Source: an uncultured virus (IMG/VR IMGVR_UViG_2912889086_000006) (Duplodnaviria; Heunggongvirae; Uroviricota; Caudoviricetes). From it: 64,000 nucleotides of DNA. Under the pieces are notes generated by a model. It made no database searches. It was not told the DNA's origin and saw only the letters and a program-made list of their open reading frames with translations. A program made the translations under genes and the position numbers. The stretch is taken from positions 1 to 64,000 of IMG/VR virus record IMGVR_UViG_2912889086_000006. The stretch is one strand, 5' to 3'. Below are positions 9,183-16,615 of the stretch, in pieces (the first letter of the stretch is position 1; each line of letters begins with the position of its first letter).

Positions 9183-10400
9183 CTATCCATTTAACCAGTT
9201 TATGAGCAACTTCCTCATTCTTAAAGATGGTATGAATAATGTAATTTCCTCACCTTCTCTAATTGCTGACCTCCATATCCATTGAAGTAATTCAGATAAT
9301 GCAAAAGCATCCTGATCAATTGATACGTCATACTTCTCTTTAAAATAGTTGTATAGAATAGTATTAACATATCTATTTATTGTATACGCTAAGTGTTTTT
9401 TATGTATAAATTCATTTGTAGCTCTTGCATTACATGAAACAAAACCTTTAGTATAACCGTTACCCTTGATCTTGCTTTTATGTTCTGCGTATGTTGTCCA
9501 CATTGCTTCGTTACTTGTTGACTTGACTATATTATTAAAATAATTAAATACGTTATTCTTCACTTTTTTGAGTGTATAAGATGATTTATTTTTATACCAA
9601 CTGGATGACAATGAAAAGTCTAATTGCCCAATCGCATTTAAGTTCCCTTCATAAATATTAATCTTATTCCTTATTTTTTCCTTGAGCTTTTTCTCATATT
9701 CATTATTATATTCAGTAAATGTATGCTGTCCGTTTTTAAATTCAGTGATGCATTTTTGATATTTGATGTTGTTTACATCGTAATAATACCTTTGAATTTG
9801 TGCATCAAACATATATGTAAGTATGTATACCTCATTAAATAAAGTGAATACATCTGAAGGGAAATTCCATATCAATATATTATCTTTAAAGTAAATTAGA
9901 TTATTATTTAAAGCCATGTCACGTATATCATCGTATCGTGTCTCATAGTCCTTTTTCTCTTCATTCCATTTGACAAATTCGTCCTCAACATAAATTAATT
10001 CAGAATCAAACAATGTGGTTAAATCATGTTTCTTTACTTGTAATTGCTCAACAACTTTCATGACCTCATCTAATATTAAAGTATAATTCCCTGAAAGAAT
10101 AAGCTCCTTTGTTTCATCATTTGCATTTTTGAAAAGGTTATGGGTGGCAACAATGTTTTTATTCTGTGATAAGAGTTCATGTAATGATTCAAATTTATAT
10201 TGTGTTTTGTCTCCTTTCTTCTTCACCTTTGGTTCATACATTTGTCTATTATTTACGCTTTTTTTGATACGTTCAACTTCATTCAAGTATGGTGTTATGA
10301 ATATAAAGTTTTCATCTTTACTAGCGTTATTCATTAGATTGATTGCGGCCGATGTTTTACCGCTCCCCATAATTGAATCCACAACTTTAATACTTGCCAT
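9183..10400 (-). CDS. yonV: YonV-like P-loop (SF2 helicase-like) protein
   Basis: Own RBS (AAAAGGGGG) and ATG at 10400; Walker A DSIMGSGKTS, Walker B LILDEV; 405 aa; position next to yonT. Confidence 0.65.
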   Translation of the reverse strand: MASIKVVDSIMGSGKTSAAINLMNNASKDENFIFITPYLNEVERIKKSVNNRQMYEPKVKKKGDKTQYKFESLHELLSQNKNIVATHNLFKNANDETKELILSGNYTLILDEVMKVVEQLQVKKHDLTTLFDSELIYVEDEFVKWNEEKKDYETRYDDIRDMALNNNLIYFKDNILIWNFPSDVFTLFNEVYILTYMFDAQIQRYYYDVNNIKYQKCITEFKNGQHTFTEYNNEYEKKLKEKIRNKINIYEGNLNAIGQLDFSLSSSWYKNKSSYTLKKVKNNVFNYFNNIVKSTSNEAMWTTYAEHKSKIKGNGYTKGFVSCNARATNEFIHKKHLAYTINRYVNTILYNYFKEKYDVSIDQDAFALSELLQWIWRSAIREGEEITLFIPSLRMRKLLINWLNG

Positions 10401-10413
10401 TCTATACCCCCTT

Positions 10414-11235
10414 TTAATTATTATTTTTAACCATTGTAACAATAATTTCTCCATTCTAAGTGAAGGAACAAATATGGTTATAGGGTTCTTAATATCCCCA
10501 CAATTTACAATCCAATTCAGCATTAATGATAAAGCATATGTATCCTCATCTAAGTTCGATAGTTCTTTATATTTCCTAGTTAAAAATGAGTTAGGAAAAC
10601 AGTTAGCTGCAAAACATAAATAATTTTTCCTTTCCTTTTCTGATAACTGTCCATTGAGTGGAACAAATCTTTTTTTATTCCCCTTGAATTCTAATTGTCT
10701 AGCAAACTGTGTGAATGTTGTCCAGCAACGTTCTATACTTTTTGAACTGGTCTGATTATAAAAATAATTATTCATATTCCATTTTAATTGCCGCACATCC
10801 TCAGCATTTTTGGTGAACCATGTTTTACTGTAATCATATTTACTGTTGCCGCTTTGAAGAAGCTTTCCTTTTTTCTCATGAATTTTTAGATTATTTCTTA
10901 AAAGTTGTTTAGTTTCATTGGGAATGTTATTGCAAAAGAACACATCTTCCATAATATTAGATGGTGCTGAAATGCTGTGAATCGTGGTTGAAGTTAAAAC
11001 ATTATAAAGGGTAGATACATCTTCCCCATCTATCCACATTTGTTCGATTTTTAATAAGTCTTTCTTGTCCTCAACATATTCCAACACTTCAAAAATGAAA
11101 TCATTCAAATTGTATTTTTTCCAATCTTTTTGTAACAGGTGTGAATGATGCAACCCATAGTGCAGATCAGTCACATGCTGTTCCCATCTTTTGAATACAT
11201 TTGAACTACTGCCTATATACTTCAATGCCTTTCAT
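10414..11235 (-). pseudogene. GIY-YIG endonuclease fused to a copy of the YonV C-terminal domain; GIY motif deleted/frameshifted and 3' end run into yonV
   Basis: ATG AAA GGC ATT (MKGI) at 11235 is out of frame with KYIGSS..KRWEQH...E(Q)..WID...YN; C-terminal half aligns with YonV C-terminus. Confidence 0.65.
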
Positions 11236-11285
11236 TCACTATATCCTTTTAATTATTATATGTATTGATGAGCGATTACCATCAC

Positions 11286-11474
11286 TCATCTTTTTTGATT
11301 ACGCTTGATTCCAAAGTAAACAAACCATGAAACCGCAATTAGAACAAGCGTAACAATAAACACCGTATAAATAATGATCTGTGTTGTGCTGCTGAAGTAT
11401 TGTTTGTTGAACAGGAATAGAACAAAGCATACAATAAACAATAAATGAGTAACCCATAATGGAATACGTTTCAT
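11286..11474 (-). CDS. small two-TM protein (YoyJ-like position downstream of yonT)
   Basis: Two hydrophobic segments with basic tail; synteny. Confidence 0.6.
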   Translation of the reverse strand: MKRIPLWVTHLLFIVCFVLFLFNKQYFSSTTQIIIYTVFIVTLVLIAVSWFVYFGIKRNQKR

Positions 11475-11495
11475 GTTTTAAATTGTGTTTGATTA

Positions 11496-11540
11496 TGTTA
11501 TACTGTAGGTGAAGCTAGAGGATTACTCCTCTAGCCTGCT
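11496..11540 (+). promoter_or_regulatory. putative antisense (SR6-like antitoxin) promoter and 5' hairpin opposite yonT
   Basis: TG-N-TATACT at 11496-11504; perfect hairpin GCTAGAGGA-TTAC-TCCTCTAGC at 11514-11535, reading into the yonT 3' end. Confidence 0.5.
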
Positions 11541-11543
11541 GTG

Positions 11544-11726
11544 TTATAGGCGTGTACGTCTGCGGTGCCTTGCCCGGTTTCGCTTTCGTATACGCTTTTT
11601 TCTTTGCTGTCTATGGCTTGTCTTGTTTCTTATTGCGGCTAACTTCTCAATAATGGTTAGTATATTGATTGTCAGCGTTGAAAGAGATAAGACAATAGCC
11701 AACACAACACCTACCCTATCAAACAC
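11544..11726 (-). CDS. yonT: YonT-like type I toxin
   Basis: N-terminal TM (GVVLAIVLSLSTLTINILTIIEK) plus very basic tail, matching SPbeta YonT pattern; AGGAGG RBS. Confidence 0.8.
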   Translation of the reverse strand: MFDRVGVVLAIVLSLSTLTINILTIIEKLAAIRNKTSHRQQRKKRIRKRNRARHRRRTRL

Positions 11727-11936
11727 AATGTTTTCCCCTCCTTTCTATACCTATAATTATATCATATTTAAACACCAATTAAAAGTATATTATGTGGTTT
11801 TATGGACGGTTTTATTTGTTGCTTATGGCTTGATCTGATAAGGATTAGCGGTAATGAATACAAATATACTAGGAATAGATTAAAGCTTGTCTGTGGGGCT
11901 GTGAGTGTGGTCAAAATGGAAATAAAAAAGACTCAG

Positions 11937-12257
11937 TTATAAAACTGAGTTATATACTTTTAATTTGTTTTTATAATATTGTTTATCTATATAACCTAAA
12001 ATAGGTTTGTTATTGTAAAGTAACGTTAATTCAACAAGCACCTGTCCTTTATTGAATACAGGATTTTCAGTTATTACCTTAACCCAAAAATTATAATTGT
12101 TTTCAAGTAGGTTGTCTATGTCTTCTTCTGTGATAGTCTCAACGTTTTTTAGTTGCTTGTACATTATGTAATGTTTCCGTATGTCGTTATTCCATTCTTT
12201 ATTGGATAGCTTTAATACATCGTAACTGTTGAAATAATATATCTGCTTTTGTGTCAT
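11937..12257 (-). CDS. hypothetical phage protein
   Basis: ORF with AAGGAG RBS. Confidence 0.7.
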   Translation of the reverse strand: MTQKQIYYFNSYDVLKLSNKEWNNDIRKHYIMYKQLKNVETITEEDIDNLLENNYNFWVKVITENPVFNKGQVLVELTLLYNNKPILGYIDKQYYKNKLKVYNSVL

Positions 12258-12530
12258 TGTGTGTTCTCCTTTCTTGATTCTCGATGTTTCTTTACTAGCT
12301 CTTTAAGTCTTCGTGTTGCTTCGATTTCCTGACACTCCCCTTTCGCAACTGAAAGGCGATACTTTGCCCATTGTTTCGTCGAATCATCTAAACCCCAACT
12401 GAAACGTAAAAGAGTCATAACGTTTAGATCATTATTATGTTCAGCATGTGCAAACTCTTTAAACCATTTGCCTGTTTGGATAAATCTTAATGAACGCTTT
12501 CTAGACTTCTCACATTGTTTTCTTGTTCAT
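12254..12530 (-). pseudogene. ~91-aa phage gene with +1 frameshift in an A-run at ~12518 (MNKK/QCEKSRKRSLRFIQTGKWF...)
   Basis: RBS and ATG at 12530; removing one A gives an open frame ending in an ATGA overlap with the next gene. Confidence 0.55.
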
Positions 12531-12577
12531 TGTCATTTCCTCTTTCAGTTATATATGTATCGCTTAACTATATTTAA

Positions 12578-12606
12578 ATTGTATCATGACTATTAAAGAT
12601 AGTCAA
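12578..12606 (-). promoter_or_regulatory. sigmaA promoter with TGACTA-N7-TAGTCA operator
   Basis: TTGACT-17-TACAAT on minus strand; palindrome 12587-12605. Confidence 0.75.
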
Positions 12607-13389
12607 TACACTTCTTTTAATTTGTTTGTTTTTTAGAGAATAATATAGGTAAGGGGAAAGGGTTATTATTTGGTATAAGTGTGTTAGATAAAAAATAAGT
12701 CTTCGACTCGCCGCCCGCTGTTATCCAAACGATGCTTTATTAAAAAAGAGTGTGCTCTCTCATTTGATTACAGTTTCAATTTTTTTAAAATTTTTTGTTG
12801 AAATGGTTGACTTTTTAACATTATATTGTTCTCACTTTTTTTCTGAATCAAGATTCAATAAATCAAGTTATAACTACCCTTATAACCGTAAATGAATACC
12901 ATATATTAGGCTATATAGGGGGGTATATAAACATCCAAAATAGCAAAAAAGGGAACAAATTTTCCCCTGGCACTTCCATTTCCACACCATGATTATTTTT
13001 TTGATTTCTCCTCCCAATCACCTAATTTCAATCGTAGTTGCTATCGTAAAATCCTTATAAGCTAACATTGTTCAATCTCTCCCCTCCCTCTAAATCATTC
13101 CTTATCCTACTCAAATAATAACTAATCCCTTCTCCCCCAATTATTTAACGATTAACAATGTTTCTTTTTCTCAATTTATTTAAAAAAATCCGCAACATTA
13201 ACTTTTTTTAAATTTTTGTGTGCTTATACGATAAATGAAAATAAAAAAAGACGATAAACAATTATCGTCTGTCATTCCTCTTCTAAAGCTAAAATCGGTT
13301 GGAAAAATAAAAAGTTTCATTACAAAAATAGAGACCGTCATTTCTGTCCATCTCTATTTATGATCCTGTCCCACATCATTTTCTTTCTA

Positions 13390-14376
13390 TTAAAACTTTC
13401 TGTTACGGCTTTTTCGAATAAAGAAGAAACAAGTTACTAAAGTTAAAAATCCAAAAACAATTCCTCCTGTTTTTAAATTTTTAAACCATCTTATTTTATT
13501 AGATTGATCTAAAGCGTTATTAATATCTAACACTCCATGGCCATATTCATATTTACTTCCAAGAGGTATAGCTGTTTGAGAGAGAATATTTTTAATCTCA
13601 TCATTTGATAAACTCTTATTCTGTTCTATCATAAGAGCAACAACACCTGTCGCATATGCTGCAGAGATTGAAGTTCCACTTCTTTTTATATATTTTCCAT
13701 TCAAAGAGTTACTTAATATCTCTTCTCCTGGCGCCAAAAAATCAATGCCATTTCCTCGACTAGTCCTAAACCATCTTTTCTTATTTTTTCCTAGAGCCCC
13801 AACACCTAAGACCTCATCATACTTAGCTGGGTATGTAACTGTATCATTTACAGAGTATCCATTATTCCCTACAGATGATATCACAACGATCCCTTTTTGG
13901 TGTGCTTCTTTTATAGCTTTATGTAAGCTTTCAGACTTTTTGTCACCTCCTAAACTCATAGAGATGATATCGACATTATTGGCAATTGCCCATTGAATAC
14001 CTTTAATTAAATCATCATAACTCCCTGAAAGTTTTTTGTCTAAAACCTTTACAGCATATATATCTGCCTTTGGAGCAATTGAATTAATAATCCCTGCTAT
14101 ATGTGTCCCATGCCCATTTAAATCAACGTAATTATCCGTTTCTTTAAATGATATTCCCCCTTTGATAGTTATTTGGTTCTTTTTTTTACTAATGCCTGAA
14201 TCAAGTAGAGCAATTGAGACTCCTTCTCCCTTTAGATTATATTTCTCTCTGATTGTTTTAACTTCTCTGTATTGATTTTTTAAATATTCTTCCTCGGATA
14301 ATCCATATGTCTCAAAAATTGGACAAAACAAAAAAATAACACAGCAAAATAATAATAGAATTAATACTTTTTTCAT
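13390..14376 (-). CDS. S8 (subtilisin-like) serine peptidase, signal peptide and C-terminal membrane anchor
   Basis: LLDSG, HGTHIAG, SGTS catalytic triad motifs. Confidence 0.92.
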   Translation of the reverse strand: MKKVLILLLFCCVIFLFCPIFETYGLSEEEYLKNQYREVKTIREKYNLKGEGVSIALLDSGISKKKNQITIKGGISFKETDNYVDLNGHGTHIAGIINSIAPKADIYAVKVLDKKLSGSYDDLIKGIQWAIANNVDIISMSLGGDKKSESLHKAIKEAHQKGIVVISSVGNNGYSVNDTVTYPAKYDEVLGVGALGKNKKRWFRTSRGNGIDFLAPGEEILSNSLNGKYIKRSGTSISAAYATGVVALMIEQNKSLSNDEIKNILSQTAIPLGSKYEYGHGVLDINNALDQSNKIRWFKNLKTGGIVFGFLTLVTCFFFIRKSRNRKF

Positions 14377-14486
14377 TTATTTCTCCTTTTTTTATGAAAT
14401 TAAGAATAAAAATCCCTGTTCACTATTGAATAATAACCCAACCATGGTATAATAATCTAGAATTTTTTAATATTAGGAGGAGAAAA

Positions 14487-15185
14487 ATGATTAAAAATTC
14501 AAAGAAGTTCATTTTCTTTTTAACCGCTCTGGTAATGTTCTTTAGTATTATTGGAACATCAGCGGCGCAAGCAATTGAGAGTAACACACCACCAGAAGAA
14601 ATAACTCAACCTAAAAACCTGACAAGTCTATCTGACAAAGAGTTGCTGAACCTTGATATTGATGACTTAATAAAAGATAAAAAATTAGTGTCTTACATAG
14701 AAAATGAAAACACTAACCCAACGACTGAAGAAGTGAAAAAAGCTGAAAAGCTGATAGAGGATTTGTCAGAATCAGATATACTAATTGATGATGAAACTTT
14801 AGCCTATATAGACACTATTAATCCAGATATAGACCAAGAGATTCTTGATCAGATGGATCAAGATATTGATGATGAACAATTAACTTATGAAGTTGAGGGA
14901 CAATTTGCAGGATTAGCAGCTAGGGTCATACTTTCTCAAGTTAAATCTTTGTTAAAAAAATTTGGAATTAAAGCACTTAAACCTTCATTTCATTTGGTAG
15001 TACGCATGGTTCAACGAAATATTTCTCCTGGTGATGTGCTCGATGCCATTAGAAAAGGGAAAAAATATTATGATCCAAAATATAAATCAACAGTTTATTA
15101 TTATAAAGGCGTAGCTGTAGCGAAAAAAGGGAACACTTTAACGACTACTTACCGTTCAAAAAAACCAAAAGCACGTTGGAAATAA
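14487..15185 (+). CDS. secreted pro-toxin with C-terminal DUF4258-like (putative RNase) domain
   Basis: Sec signal (…TSAAQA), acidic pro-region, basic C-terminus HLVVRMVQRNISPGDVLDAIRKG…TLTTTY; TG-N-TATAAT promoter at 14445-14453. Confidence 0.65.
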   Translation: MIKNSKKFIFFLTALVMFFSIIGTSAAQAIESNTPPEEITQPKNLTSLSDKELLNLDIDDLIKDKKLVSYIENENTNPTTEEVKKAEKLIEDLSESDILIDDETLAYIDTINPDIDQEILDQMDQDIDDEQLTYEVEGQFAGLAARVILSQVKSLLKKFGIKALKPSFHLVVRMVQRNISPGDVLDAIRKGKKYYDPKYKSTVYYYKGVAVAKKGNTLTTTYRSKKPKARWK

Positions 15186-15198
15186 TAAGGAGGTTCCA

Positions 15199-15609
15199 AT
15201 GAGATCTTTCATAACTTATGATAAAGAAGCTGAATTAGGATATATATATGTTTTACCCCCTTCCAGGAAAATTAAAATTGAGTCTACAGATGAATTAGAG
15301 GTCAATGAGGATATCATGCTTGATGTTGACGTGGAGGATAGAATTGTTGGAATAGAGTTATTTGGGGATTCTGCACATGCTTTGAAAGAATTGGCGGGCA
15401 CAAAAAAAATCTATTCCAAGTCTTTGAATGAAGATAATGAAAGTGTAGTTTATAGTCTCAGATTATCTGATAAAGAAGTGAATAAAACATTTAACGCTTT
15501 TGGCCTTTCTTTTTGTTTTAGTGATGATAAGTTTGAAGAGTTTGTCGGTTTTGATATTAATGATATATCAAAGTATGATGAAAAATTATTAGACAAAATG
15601 GTAAAGTAA
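15199..15609 (+). CDS. DUF2283-like acidic immunity/antitoxin protein
   Basis: ITYDKEAELGYIY…IMLDVDVEDRIVGIEL pattern; directly after toxin. Confidence 0.75.
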   Translation: MRSFITYDKEAELGYIYVLPPSRKIKIESTDELEVNEDIMLDVDVEDRIVGIELFGDSAHALKELAGTKKIYSKSLNEDNESVVYSLRLSDKEVNKTFNAFGLSFCFSDDKFEEFVGFDINDISKYDEKLLDKMVK

Positions 15610-15623
15610 TAGATTGTTATTTG

Positions 15624-15665
15624 TAAGGGACTGATGTAGTAACTATTCTCAGTCCCTTATTTTTG
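15624..15665 (+). terminator. rho-independent terminator
   Basis: AAGGGACTGA…TCAGTCCCTT followed by T-run. Confidence 0.7.
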
Positions 15666-16145
15666 TTGCAATATCTTTGAGCATAAACATTTTGAAGTCT
15701 CCCCTTTTCTAACTTTCTAACACTGTCTTATCATTTAGATTTAAAAAAGACGCTCTGTTCTGACCATCCCCTTTCAATTACTGTATGCATCTTTCCTGTT
15801 TCCTAATAATATCAGCACTTTAAGGCTACATCTGTTTGTTGTTTAATTAACCACCTTCAAGCATTATTATAACTAAATTCTAAACTCTCTGCTTTACCTA
15901 AGGAAAAGCACATAATAGCCAATTCTCTTCCCCTTGCGAGTTAACAGATCTATTTGAAGTAATTGAGTTGGATGAATAATTCAACTCAAAATATATAGAC
16001 AAAAACTAATTAAAAGTATATAATAAACAAAAATGAACGGAGGGTGATGAAATGTAAGGGGATTTTAAGAAAGCTAAGTCTAAAGAGATTACATAAACAG
16101 GAGTGATGTTAATGAAAAATAAACAGACAAACCAGGAGGAGCTTC

Positions 16146-16580
16146 ATGTTACTAAATAATACTGAAGGTTACACCTTGACAGAAGACGTAAAAGTAAATA
16201 ATAACGGTGATACATACACTATTCGAGTAGAAATTAACCGAGAATTGTCTATAGGGGAAACAGCTTTTGTAGGGAATACAAGAAACAAGATTAAAAGATT
16301 GAGTGAAAAAGAATTCATGTTTATTAGAAAAGAAGCAGCCCTTAATGATCGGATTTCGAACAAGCAATTAAACGAATTAAAAAGAGTCTTTGAAAATGAA
16401 TTTGGTAATGGTGTTTGCTTATCTCCTTCAGAAAAGGTAAAACACATTAAAGCAGTTTTAGAAAGGAATCCTTGGATTGAAGACATAACCTTTTCGTCTT
16501 GTTCCTGTAATGCAACTGACGAGGATATTCATGCTTTACTGGATGAGCTTTCATCATACATAACTGATATTAAAATATAA
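16146..16580 (+). CDS. hypothetical protein upstream of RNAP
   Basis: ORF with AGGAGG RBS; TAGACA-17-TATAAT promoter at 15996-16024. Confidence 0.6.
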   Translation: MLLNNTEGYTLTEDVKVNNNGDTYTIRVEINRELSIGETAFVGNTRNKIKRLSEKEFMFIRKEAALNDRISNKQLNELKRVFENEFGNGVCLSPSEKVKHIKAVLERNPWIEDITFSSCSCNATDEDIHALLDELSSYITDIKI

Positions 16581-16615
16581 TACGAATTAAAAGAACAAAG
16601 AGGAGAAATGCTTTA

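Noticed and set aside
9183..11225. A genuine 680-aa GIY-YIG-helicase fusion
   Set aside because: Internal RBS and ATG at 10400, an orphan MKGI start and a one-base-shifted stop point to two genes joined by mutation or sequencing error
11509..11838. 109-aa + strand ORF opposite yonT
   Set aside because: Shadow of the yonT gene and antisense region; no convincing RBS or protein features
12610..13380. Long AT-rich gap (with TATAGGGGGGTATA) as origin or packaging site
   Set aside because: Plausible, but I see no iterons or terminal repeat to support it; needs read-end (PhageTerm-type) data
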